NCBI GenBank assembly: GCA_036867785.1
Contig: CP145418.1
Span: forward strand, 1,240,001-1,304,000
Source of the DNA: Plasmodiophora brassicae
Lineage: Eukaryota
Direction: 5' to 3'
DNA: 64,000 bases
Shown here: positions 48,011 through 59,156 of the stretch, one piece after another
Position numbering within the stretch: position 1 is the first letter of the stretch
Layout: the number at the start of each line of letters is the position of its first letter
Position numbers and translations under genes: made by a program
Notes under the pieces: model-generated
What the model was told of the DNA's origin: nothing
Database searches by the model: none
Seen by the model: only the letters and a program-made list of their open reading frames with translations

Positions 48011-50464
48011 TCACGCAGAGCAGTATCGTCTAATGAACGTGGCGATTTGGTCAACGCGCCTGACGATCTCATCGACAAACATATTGTCATGCTCGCCCAC
48101 GAGGTGCCCAGCGTCCAGCATCTCCAGGAACGTATTGCTGAACTGCCCGTCTCGTGCGTTCACCAATTCACAAAAGTCGTCGCGCGACCTGATCCTGTCG
48201 CACAGTAATGACACGATCCACATCGCCATCCCCACGTCTCCACGTAAGCGCGTCACCCAAAAGCTTGCCACGGTCGGCTGGTTCTTGAAGGCTCGAACGA
48301 CGGACAGCGTCGAGCGGATGACTGTCGCGACCGTATGCAGAATCGTCCAGTTGGCGGCAAGGTCATCGTGCATGACCAACTCAATGAGGGTACCCCGGTG
48401 CTGCGCATGTGCCGTCAGAGCCTCCACGACTGGCCTGCGCCTCATCATGACGCCCCAGTGAATTGCCGAAAACCCATCATAGCGGTGGCGAAGAAACCGG
48501 GCATCAGTCACGTTGAGCGCTTGGATTGCGGGGTCTCCAACTCCCACCTTGGCGCGCAACAGAGCCGCATGGGGACCGTCATTGCTCCTGTCAGGATGAG
48601 CGAGATGTTCCAGTATCAGGGCCGTGGATATGGGGTTCGACAGCAACCTGACTTTCACTCGAGGAGCGCCCCCGCACGCCAGCATCGCCACTTCGTACGA
48701 CGACACAGACCCATTGGCGGCCGCCAGCAGTCGAACCACGGACAGGAAGTCTGGGATGGCGGGTCTATCGGCGGGCATCCAGAAGTCGATGCACGACTGA
48801 TCGTTGCAGTTGTTCTGGCTTCTGCGTTGAAGTTCTCGCCAGATCCTGTCCACTGGTGCGCGCCGCAGGATCCATTGAAGCACGGCCGTCGTCATGCAGT
48901 CGGTATGCAGAATCGTGTGCGTGTCCTCCTCGTCAACGTAAGTCACGGCGGCCTGGACTTGCTCGTCGGTTGCGTTTCTCGCTAGGCGCTCCAAGAGGCT
49001 AACGGGATCGTCGGCCGTGCAGAGGTTGCAATAGGCCAGGATGGAGACACCGATACCGCCAAGGAGAACTGTGTCGTCGTCAACAATGCCCAGGAGACGA
49101 CGAACGGGGATGGAAAAGTAAGCCATTTGAAGCGTTGAAACAAAGACCTCGTGCCTCCAGAAACGCTCGTTGAACCCAGCTGCCCGGAAGCGTCGACGAA
49201 CAGCGCCCAGACAGGTCTCGAACAAGACTGGCTTGTCGTCGCTCGCATATTGGGTGAGACGTCGCCTCCAGCTCTCGGCTTTATGCACGAGCCAAGCGAC
49301 GGTGGTGGTGGTTTCGACAGCTGTGCAATACCTCATGAGTTGCTCCGCGAACGCCAGCACTTCATCGTTGCTCCCGGCGTATTGGTCGGGCTGGCCAAAG
49401 GTGAACACAATATCGAAATCGGCGCCCAACTCGACCATCAGGTTGGCGTTGCGGAAGTCGTTTCGCAGAAGAAGAATAGCCATGAGCCGCATGTCGCTAT
49501 GGTCATCGTCGGGATTGACCACGAAGTCTGGATGCCAGTGACCGCTGGTCCACAGCCCGTCAATGTCCATTCCGTGTGCAACCAGGACCTTCAGCAAACG
49601 GCCGTCGGCGTCGACGTGGGCGGGGTCCCGCTCAAATTCATCCACAAGCTCGTCGATGCCGCGACCAGTTAGCGCCATCCGAGCGATGTTGCGATGGGCG
49701 TCGTCAGGAAGCAAACGTAGCATGGCGGACGTGATCTGGTCGCTTTCGTCATATCTGGCGGTATACTGGAAGACACGGGTCCGGCGAGCCATCCGTTCCG
49801 ATGCGAAAGCAGCGTACTCGCCGATGCGTTCTGCATCAACAAACGAGATGCCCTCCTGGAGAAGGAGACGCAGGGCGCCCAAGGCTCGTTCTCGATGCGG
49901 ATGGTCGAACTGTCCCGAGGTGTGGCCGATGGCCACCCCCAGCGCGTAACCGGTGGCCAATCGCCAATCGACCGCCATTGTCTTCAGCATGTCCCGAAAA
50001 CGCTCTGGCGCGACACTCTCGTCAACGTTGAACAGGTCTCGAAGGAGCAGGATCTGGGGTCGCAACGGCACTTGGTCCCGGAGACGCCGTCGCGCCCATT
50101 CACCAAGCAAGTACGCTCGGGCGGCCCGCTCACCGGCCTGAAAGTCATCCCGAAGTCGTTGCATGGCCTGGCCATAGTTGTCGAAGAACGTCAAGAGCGT
50201 ATCCGTCGTTGCTTCCGGCTGGAACAATGTCCCCCATTGACGGCGAACGCGTAAAGCCGCGCGAGAGTAAGCACACAGAGTCAGGTTCCTGGACGCTTGG
50301 GTCAGGCGGGATGCGTCCATGTCATTGACGAAGTTCGTGAGCATCTGAGCCACCACGAACGGGAGACCGCTCATCAGACGACTGGGATGGTCGACGCTGG
50401 CGCCTGAAGCAGGCGCCAGTGCCATCAGGCTGGACGTACACACGACTACATACACGAACGCCAT
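48011..50464 (-). CDS. Putative secreted protein with F-box-like motif and degenerate ankyrin-like repeats
   Basis: Intronless 817 aa; signal MAFVYVVVCTSSLMALAPASG; LSGLP-type motif LMSGLPFVVAQMLTNFVNDMDASRLTQASRNL; ankyrin-like DTHTILHT, DGFSAIHWG, NWTILHTVA, VNARD. Confidence 0.7.
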   Translation of the reverse strand: MAFVYVVVCTSSLMALAPASGASVDHPSRLMSGLPFVVAQMLTNFVNDMDASRLTQASRNLTLCAYSRAALRVRRQWGTLFQPEATTDTLLTFFDNYGQAMQRLRDDFQAGERAARAYLLGEWARRRLRDQVPLRPQILLLRDLFNVDESVAPERFRDMLKTMAVDWRLATGYALGVAIGHTSGQFDHPHRERALGALRLLLQEGISFVDAERIGEYAAFASERMARRTRVFQYTARYDESDQITSAMLRLLPDDAHRNIARMALTGRGIDELVDEFERDPAHVDADGRLLKVLVAHGMDIDGLWTSGHWHPDFVVNPDDDHSDMRLMAILLLRNDFRNANLMVELGADFDIVFTFGQPDQYAGSNDEVLAFAEQLMRYCTAVETTTTVAWLVHKAESWRRRLTQYASDDKPVLFETCLGAVRRRFRAAGFNERFWRHEVFVSTLQMAYFSIPVRRLLGIVDDDTVLLGGIGVSILAYCNLCTADDPVSLLERLARNATDEQVQAAVTYVDEEDTHTILHTDCMTTAVLQWILRRAPVDRIWRELQRRSQNNCNDQSCIDFWMPADRPAIPDFLSVVRLLAAANGSVSSYEVAMLACGGAPRVKVRLLSNPISTALILEHLAHPDRSNDGPHAALLRAKVGVGDPAIQALNVTDARFLRHRYDGFSAIHWGVMMRRRPVVEALTAHAQHRGTLIELVMHDDLAANWTILHTVATVIRSTLSVVRAFKNQPTVASFWVTRLRGDVGMAMWIVSLLCDRIRSRDDFCELVNARDGQFSNTFLEMLDAGHLVGEHDNMFVDEIVRRVDQIATFIRRYCSA

Positions 50465-53400
50465 CGTCACTGCCCCACTGTGCGTCCTCCACCACCAGTG
50501 ATTTCGTACACTGGCCGATGCCTTGGCCGGGATAGCACTGGAGTCGTTCCGACAACCATAAATTGGGCTTGAATGCAGGCTGGTGGCACTGGCGCAGTGT
50601 TTCATATCATCCCGACCCGAGGCGCGATATTCAGGCACCGGTGGTCCGGACGAGTGAGTGCCAGAGCAGCGACCTGTTCACAGCGAAGTCAGTACAGTGA
50701 TCCCTTCCCAGAAACGCTGCATCCGACGAACGTTGCCCTTTCGTTTGCCTGCTCCAAGGGTCTGGATGCGGGCAGGCGCGTGCCGGCTGTTGCGCGTCCA
50801 AGACCAGCCATCATGGTGACGGCAGCGATCTCCATCGGCAGCGTGGGCGTCGACGACCCCGCCGTCGTCAGCCCGGTTGCATCGGCGCTTGCGAACGGCG
50901 GCCACCTACGCGGCAACCATGTCGTCAACCATGGCCCGGATTCTAGGCGACGTGCACGTTGTCGCAACAGCCCTCTTTGTTGGTTGGGTGTACGTTGAAC
51001 GCGTTGACTATCGGTCATCTTGGTGAATGAAATTTATTTCCGCAGTCCGTACGGTGTAGCGGGTTGTGCCGCAGTTTCCTGCAAACCAACAGCTCTCCCA
51101 CCAGAGAATCCTACTGCGCCACGTCACGCTTCCGGCCGTCGTCGAGCGTGTCGCACATAACCCACACTCCTCCTCGACAGCCGACGACGCCGATCTTCGT
51201 CCGGTGCGACTCGTGCTTGTCGCGCGGGATTGGCTTCGTCATCATTAGTATAGAGGGCAACCCTTGCGCTAGGGCCAAGGGTTGAGCCAAATTTAGCGCA
51301 GGATGGCCGTGGCAGAGGCCGCGCACCTGTGTCCAGGCCACCGCTCCGGCGACGAGCGGCCCAAGGACAGGTCCCCTGCCGTCTCAGGTTGCAAGTCGTG
51401 TCGCCCAGAATCGCACCACACAACATTCCTTGCCTCACTCTGTGTCGATCCCGTTCGAATACACGATAGAGCGCTTGAGTTGTTGTCTTTGCGCGGGGGT
51501 GAATTGTGGATTACGCGTCGTCAATACATGGCACGAGGGCGACAGATGAGTAGGGCCGTCTGACAGCTGACAACGCATGACGCAAGAAGAAATCGGCCCA
51601 AAAAAATCGCATTTATTGACCCAGTTTTTTGGGACGTTAAGCCCCTTTGCCGAGCAACGTTGCCGCTTTAGCTTTCGCCCACGCCGGTGGCGGCAGTATG
51701 GGACCTGTGGACGACATCGCGCCTCCGGCCGACGGATGCCGTGTCGGCGTGAATCAGTCGCCGACTCCGTGTTGCGCTGCGACTGACGACGCTGACGATG
51801 CAGCCGATCGCCCACGTCCCCTGCCAATCGCCGACGATCCGACGACCAAGCCGGTGGTCGACGCCGCCCACTACATCGCCGTACACGGCTTCCCGATACG
51901 CCACGATGTTCACCATCGCACCTCGCCGATCGCCGACGACCTGTCGCGACCGCGTGCCCTGCCAGTGTCTGCGCCGTAAGCCGTTGCACCTCGAGGACAG
52001 GTACGAGTCATCGTTTGTTGCACAGTGTCCCAGGCCCTCTGACGCGTTCGACACCGCCCTTATGCAGTCTCATGCCGTCGAGTCGGACCAGGTCCAACAT
52101 GACCCCGGCGTGGTGGCTTCCGACGCTTGGAACAATTGGTCATGCACGCCCCATGCCCGGCACCATGCGTTGATAGCGGGCTAACCAGTCGATGTCGTCG
52201 CCGGCCTCCCTGTCTGCGTGTCGAGCGGTGCCTGCCTGCTGCGTTGTGTTCGTCCTCGCGTCTCTCGAGTCGTCGACGTCCCGAGGCGCCTGCTCGCTGT
52301 TCCTGCGATCGACTGTGACGTAATCGATGCATCCCACTGGACGTATGCCAACGCGCCCAACACGTCTGGACGACGCCATGCTCCGGTACGGACCGCTGTC
52401 TAATGCAAATGATCACGGCCTCACACGTTCTGCACAGGACACTGCCGTCGCCAGTTACGACGCTGCCGGTCGTCAATGCCGCCCACTACATCGCGATATT
52501 CGACTAAGTTCGCGTCTGCAGGCTGCGGGTCCCCAACGACCCGTCGTGCTGCTCGCCGTGCTTACGTCCGCGTCGAAGTCACCGCCGAGCACCGACATGG
52601 GCCAACGGGATCACCTGCAACGCGACCATAAGGGGGCCTGCTGGGCTTCTGTGCATCTCCTGGTCAGGAGCGTGTCGTTGCCAAGATGCCCCATCGCCTG
52701 ATACGGCTGCCTGCCCTGCTTGCGTCCGCGCCGACGTCGTTGCGACCGGGCCAACACATCGTCTACTAGGACAGCGGAACGTGATCATCTTCCTTAAGCG
52801 CGCCCAATATCTCTGGGTGCGGTTCCAGGACAGGTATAGTTTCTCGGCTGATGCGATATGACCTTCGCCTCTGACATGTGATGAACAGGCTAAGCCAGCT
52901 GCCGTGGGACGTCGCTTGTCCATCATGGGAGCCTTCAAGCAGCCGTGGTTCTGCCAAATTGTCATTCTGCTCCACACGTGACGCGGTCGACTGCCCCACC
53001 CTAGCCGCCGGATGCAATTCGCCGTCTGCCCTGAACCGTCCTGCGAGGCCGGGCCCCGCATGCAAGTGCGTCGCCGCCTCCCCCATCTGCCTGGTCCGCT
53101 GCGTCTGCCAACTCTGCTGGTTGCCCAGCAGGGTAGCGGTGCCCAGCGCCCGTTGCTGCCGGAAGCCTCGCGGACACCTGACTTCCGACGACGATCGTCC
53201 AGCATCCCTGACGCTATATCCCGATAACCGTGAACGTTGAATACATGCTGCACCTGTTGACATGCGCGTACACCCACATGTGAAGTGCTTCCTGGCGTCA
53301 ACTGGCGCGTCCGGCAGAGTCCGCTGCAGTCGTTGTAGGGCAGGGTGCCCGTCGCCGAACGAGAGCGGCGACGCTGCGTGCGCCTGCGTGACGAGCATGG

Positions 53401-54993
53401 CCGATCAGTCCAATGCAACGCGCACGCACGACAGTTGGATGCGCCCAGTCAACGCGCATCGTGGCGCCCACTTCTGCACACACGTGCCTAGATGCGCCCA
53501 CGGGCCGAGTCGAACGTCTCAGATGAATCGACATGCCACGACGACGTCCCGCTGCCAGATTACGTACTGCAATGGATGCCAGCGGCATTGACTGTCGACC
53601 TCTGTCGTGGAGTGCCCTGGATTGTCACCATTGTTGACAGAGAGACCAGCACAGTGCAATGTCCCCGCCCCCGTTGTCAGACGTTGCCCTTTCAAGGACG
53701 TGACGTAATGTGATCGGAGGGTACTTACTCGACATTAAACGAGGCGAGATCGTACGTACTGATCGAGTTCCGTGTCGGTACATGGTTTTCCAATGGACGC
53801 TGGCCTCGGCGAAAGTCCAGCAGGGCGCCCCACTCCGTACTAGCTGCGTGGTCGTCGACGACCCGGCTACGCTGCCAACGTCGTCCACTACATCGCCGTA
53901 CACGGTTCAACGGGTGTTCTTCGCCGTCGCACATCGCGGGTCCCCGTCGACATGCCGTGCCTTCCCGTCCTGCTTGCGTCCCCGCCGACATCTCCGCCGA
54001 CCCGATCGGCAAGGGCCAAGGCGTCCCCTACGAAGGCAACGCATCCTGCTGCCGCACAGTATCTCTGGATCTACTATATCCAGAACAGGTAAGTCGTATC
54101 GTGTATGACAGGCGGCCATGGGCTCAGACATGTGATGAACAGGAGACTGCATCCGTATGGCGGGCGTTGCCAGCGTTGCGGCCACCTGCTCCACACCTGG
54201 GGCTATCGCATGTCGCGAATCCCCGACGACACGTCCACGCCGACGTCGCCGCCGACCATATCGGCACGTGTAAAACGCATCCCCGGGGAAGGCAATGCAA
54301 CCTGCTGCTGGTGTGTCAACGCGCTCAGTACCTCTGGATGAAGTATATCCAGAACAGGTACGCCGTAGCGCGTATGACCAGCGACCATGACCTCTGACAT
54401 GTGATGGACAGGAGACGGCAGCCGTAGCTGTACCGCATCGTCAGGCTTGCGACCACCTGGTCCCACGCCTGAGGCGACGCCTACCCCCTGTCGATCGCTG
54501 CGGTTGGTCGTTCGCGTCCCTGCCATAAACCCGTCATTCCATGTCGGCCACAGCGAGCAAGGGCGCCGCCAGCGCCACCGTCCGCAAGCCCAGCTGCGCA
54601 TGCCTACGCTGCTGGTTGCCCAACGTCCATTTCTACCGGCCGCCACGCGAACGCCTGCTATCTTTGATGACGATCGCCACCATCCCGGCCGGCGTATCGC
54701 GGCAACCAGGACCGTTCAATACAGGCAGAACCAGTTGTCACGCGTGTACACCGGCCATGCATGGCTTCCTGGCGTCAGCTGGTGCCGACCAGAGCAGGGC
54801 GGGACGCCGTCCGTCCCCAGCGTGTTCATCGACGTTGCGCCCGTCCCTTCATGTCGACGCATATGAAACCCATCCCATGACGTTGCCATGCCTGGTTAGG
54901 CCAAGCAATGCCTACCCTTACAATCGACCATCGACGCTCTCGATGCTGCACCTCAAACAGACCCGTCCCGTGTGTTAAGTTACAAATACAAGT

Positions 54994-55880
54994 TTATGAA
55001 CGGATACCATTGCATCTGTAGAAGAGCAGCCTGTAGACGCGCTTGTGGAGCAGGCTAGCCACTTGGGACTCTCCATACCGCACTAGGCGATTGGTGTCGC
55101 AGAAGACCCAGGAACCACCGGGTTGCTTGACCCAGGATATATAATGCCCTTCATCGTGCCCAGCCAATTGGGTGTCACTACCCTGGTAATCGACCAGGCC
55201 AACGAGATCGAAGTACACGCTCTGCCAGTCTGAAACGTCACTTCTGGCACCACGTCCTGCCCACAGGAGATATCAGACATCCAAGAGATCCACCCATCAT
55301 CATCGCTTGATGTCCTGCACCTACCACCGTGGTCCTACGACGCGCCATGCTGATCTGCGCTCCGTCAGGGCCGGGTTGCTGGACGATCTCCATCGGATCC
55401 TGCCGAACAATCAACAGTGACCCCGGCGTTGGACTCCTGGCCATGTGGCGGAACGTTGTCGACCGGTGCTCGACATCGTGACCAGGTTGGCAGGGAACGT
55501 TGGAGGTGCACCTCCTGGTGATCGTCTCCGACTGCTCCCCGACCAGAACCGTTGAGAGTTTGACTCGCCGGTGGCAGCCCTGCAGCATGACGACGGGCTG
55601 CTGACAAGGCGGGCGCGACGAGGCATGGCCGCAGGTGGCACACGTATCAACCACGTGTTCGACGAACTCGACGAGACTGCCAACAATCGGCTGTCCATCA
55701 GCGCCGACCATACATACGCCTCCATCTGCGATAGCAGTTCCAGGACGAAGTCGTCTGCGTCGTGCTGTTGTCCGGCAGGAAACGACCGTGTCGCCCGGTC
55801 GGCGTTGCCCAGGCTGCTGATGAGCTCAACGAGCGCGTACGACGCCACGTTCGCATCCAGGCGGGGGTTCATCACCTGGT
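54994..55880 (-). pseudogene. 5'-truncated, frameshifted USP-like deubiquitinase pseudogene (paralog of 58113-59156)
   Basis: GQQHDADDF, CATCGH, GHDEGHYISWVK..WVFCDT, VYRLLFYR spread over four ORF segments (>=3 frameshifts); no Cys box. Confidence 0.85.
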
Positions 55881-55928
55881 TGAGTTGACGGTGTGAACAC
55901 GGTGTCCGATACCTTTAGGGAATGATTT

Positions 55929-55948
55929 GGGGGGGGGGGGGGGGGGGG
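55929..55948. repeat. G20 homopolymer running into the hairpin GGTCCA-aaa-TGGACC
   Basis: Direct reading. Confidence 0.9.
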
Positions 55949-58112
55949 TCCAAAATGGACCAGGCAAACTCCGCTTCGGAACCAGTGGGAGAATCGAAAT
56001 CGTGCAGGATCACGTTCGCGAGTGGCCCCTGTATATGTACACTGTCTGGCAAACTCGGACGTCAGCCAGACAATTCGGGCCGTGTGCGGCCGGCGAACGT
56101 CGGCATAACAGAGAATGTCGGATTCTATTCTGCTGATGTGTATCGAGCGTGCCGCAGACCGCGTCCAGTTCTGTTGCAGGGCACGACATCGGTCGGGTTA
56201 CTGTCGCTTGTGTTTATGGTGTGTATGCGGATGGATGGCGATATACGTCTGTGTTCGATGCTATCCCCAGGACAAGTACGATGGGCGTAGACACACCCAT
56301 CGATTGAAGGTGGGCCTTGCCAGTCAACGTCAAGGCAGCCGCCGACTCCGTGGCGGGCGTCGTCGGGGCGACTGACGACCCGACGACGTCAACACTGCCG
56401 GCCGATGACCCTGTGTATTCGACATCCCTTGTCGTCGACGCCCTGTCGCGCCTCCCTGCCCTGCCTCCGTCCGCGCCGACGTCGCCCCCCGACATCCAAC
56501 TGCACGGGCCAATTGATTCCCTACGATCGCAACACGTCATGCAGGGCGTCTACTGACACGCCTGCCGTCGTCAGGCCAGAATCAGCACCTGCAGCAAGCA
56601 GTCGTCCTGCCGATGAACCTGCTCTTCTGCGACGTGTTGGCCCATTAACCTGTTGTTTCTGCTGACATCCGGCCTGGTATCCTGACAAATCCTGCCGAAA
56701 TCAGTGTCACCGTTGATGGTAAAGGATGATATGACAGGTGTATCCCTTGTCTTGGTTACGCAAAAAACTCCTGAGACCTCCCAAAAACAGCCGCGTTGTT
56801 TTTTGCTGGCGGCCCCGGTGGCGTGCGGCGGTGCGGCGTGCGGTCGCCTGGGCGGATGCGCTATACACCATGGAGCGTGCGCCGTCCTCCGACGCCTCCT
56901 ACACGAGGTCGCGATGCGCATGCCCGTTGGAGGGCGGTATACGGCACAGACGTGGAGTCCTCTCAACGTGAAGCAGGCGCCGACTCCATGGTGGGCGTCG
57001 CCCGCGACTGACTACTCGACGACGCTGCCGGTCGCCAACGCCGCCTACTGCATCGTCGTCCACGCCCGCCGGATATGCTGTTGTGTTCAGCCTCGCACGT
57101 CGCAGGACGCCGACACCCTGACGCGCCTGTCTGCCGTGCCTGCACCCGCTGCGACGTCGCCGCAGATGGGCAGCACGGCCCAATGGACTCACGACGACCA
57201 TATCGCGTCCTGCTGGACGCCTGCCGGCGTGCCCGATCTGTCTGTGTGAACGCCCTGCAGTTGCAGCACTGGTACGTGTCGTCGTCTGATGCACAGGCGT
57301 GCAGGCCCTCTAACACGCTGGACAGGACGCACCTGCTGGCTGTCGCCTGCCGTCGTCCGTCCAGCATGAGCACCTGCCGGGTAGCTGTCATCGTGTCTTG
57401 GCGGGGCTGGTCCAGCATCGCGCCGGCATGCTCCTCAGCTGAGGCGGCGCGCTGGACGTTCGCCGATCGTTGCAATCGGTCGCGCGCGCCGCTGTCGTGC
57501 ACCATGCGTTGATGGCGGACCGAGCAACCAAAGGTCTTCTCGCCGATGTCCCCGTCGGCCTGTCGAGCGGCACCTGCCTGCCCTGCAGGTCTTCCAGCAG
57601 GCAGGTGGCGCCCAGTGTCCGTTGCCGTTGATCGACATGCGCACGCCTATCTGCCGTCGACCACCCGCCGCCGGCGTATCGCCTCACCCAGATCACTACA
57701 AGCAGATTAGGTCGACACGCGCGAACGCCGGCCCTGCAGGTCGTCCTGGCGTCAGGCGGCGCCGGACGGCATCCTTTGCTGAAGTGGCCGGCGGTCGACA
57801 GCGCCGACGTCGTCCCTGCATGCGTGTCAAGCATGGCAGGTCAGACCAGACGAGCGATGCAGGCGTTTCGGGTGTCGCAGCATGCACGTGAGGCAGGTGA
57901 TTGCGCTCGACTCCAAGCAAACGCGGTTCAGTACGTGTCAGAGCGGTCCTACTTCATTATCCCTGAGTTGTACTGCAGCGTGCGGCCTGGCAAGAAGGCG
58001 TGAGGTACAACTTCTCAACAACGCAAACGAATACAACGTCTTTTACGGATCATATGTTCCACCATTCTTTCTACTGCATGGCCAGGCAGATGAACTCGAC
58101 GATGGACAAGCT

Positions 58113-59156
58113 TTATTGCCTTCGCAGTGCGAAGCACCTGTAGAACAGGAGTCGGTAGACCCGCTTGCTGAGCAAGTCGGCGACGTGCGCGTCGGAATAC
58201 CCTTGCACGCGACTGGTGTCGCAGAACGCCCAGCCACCACGTGCCTGCTTCACCCAGGACACGTAATGGCCTTCGTCGTGTCCAGCGACGTGGGCATTAC
58301 CCCAGTGGTCGACAAGGCCGACCAACTGGAAATACGCATCTCCAACTTGGAAGACCGCCTGTGGCACCACATCCTGCTCAAAGAAGAAATCAGATATGCC
58401 CAGGTTTCCATCCATCATCGTTGTCGGGCCGGCACGTACCACCGCTGTCTTGCGCCGCGCCATACTGATGGTCTGACCATCGAGACCTGGCTCCTGGACG
58501 ATTTCGATGGGATCCTGCCGCACCAGCATCACTTGGCCTTCCTCGACCTTGCCCTTCAACTGACGAACCGTCGTGCTTCGGTGCTCCACGTCCTGCCCGC
58601 GATTGCACGGCCGTTCAGCAGTGCACCTCCTGGCGATCGTCGTAGTGTGCTCTAGGAGTAACGCGTCGGCGAGGGACGTTCGGCCGTGCGAACCACCCAG
58701 CATAACAACCGGGAGCTCGCAGGGCGGACGCCTAGTGACATGGCCGCAGGTCTTGCACGCGTCGACGACATGCTCGACAAAGCCAATGATCGCTCTTTCG
58801 ATCGGATGACCTAGGGCCCCGACAACCTCGTACGCCTGCATCTGCTGCAGCAGCTCCAGCGCGAAGTCGTCGGCATCGTGCTGTTGCCCGGGATCGAACG
58901 ACCTCGTCGCCCGGTCAGCGTCGCTGATGGCCTTGATGAGGTCAACCAGGATGTCGGACGCCGCGTTCAGATCCAGACGAGGGTTCATGACCTTATTGTA
59001 CAGGTCAATCCAGGGCGCGGGGCCGGAGACACGTTCCCAGCCCGGCAATGACCGCAAGATCTGCACCGGTGCAATCGCGTAGCAAATAGATCGGCAAACG
59101 CCTGCCGCATCATTGTTCGATATGCCCGCTGGCAGTAACGACCCAGCGTCACGCTC
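58113..59156 (-). CDS. USP (peptidase C19)-like deubiquitinase domain; terminal exon of a larger gene
   Basis: Cys box PAGISNN...ICYAIAPVQIL (Cys 59082-59084), GQQHDADDF, CKTCGH, His box LVGLVDHWG...GHYVSWVK...WAFCD, YRLLFYR; begins at an AG acceptor (59157-59158). Confidence 0.85.
   Translation of the reverse strand, partial: ERDAGSLLPAGISNNDAAGVCRSICYAIAPVQILRSLPGWERVSGPAPWIDLYNKVMNPRLDLNAASDILVDLIKAISDADRATRSFDPGQQHDADDFALELLQQMQAYEVVGALGHPIERAIIGFVEHVVDACKTCGHVTRRPPCELPVVMLGGSHGRTSLADALLLEHTTTIARRCTAERPCNRGQDVEHRSTTVRQLKGKVEEGQVMLVRQDPIEIVQEPGLDGQTISMARRKTAVVRAGPTTMMDGNLGISDFFFEQDVVPQAVFQVGDAYFQLVGLVDHWGNAHVAGHDEGHYVSWVKQARGGWAFCDTSRVQGYSDAHVADLLSKRVYRLLFYRCFALRRQ

Larger units (their letters stand above)
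51780..57600. repeat. Cluster of decayed dispersed repeats / gene fragments
   Basis: Recurring ...gcc(g/c)cccactacatcgc-like (~51865, ~52480, ~53880, ~57040), caccatgcgttgat...tgtcgagcgg(t/c)(g/a)cctgcctgc (~52161, ~57500), ccag(a/g)acaggta...gacatgtgatg(a/g)acagg (~52825, ~54080, ~54350). Confidence 0.7.

Noticed and set aside
51597-51633. cccaaaaaa...ttttttggg inverted repeat
   Set aside because: Only 9 bp and low complexity; no partner terminus found
55914-55920. tttaggg as a telomeric repeat
   Set aside because: Single unit, no array
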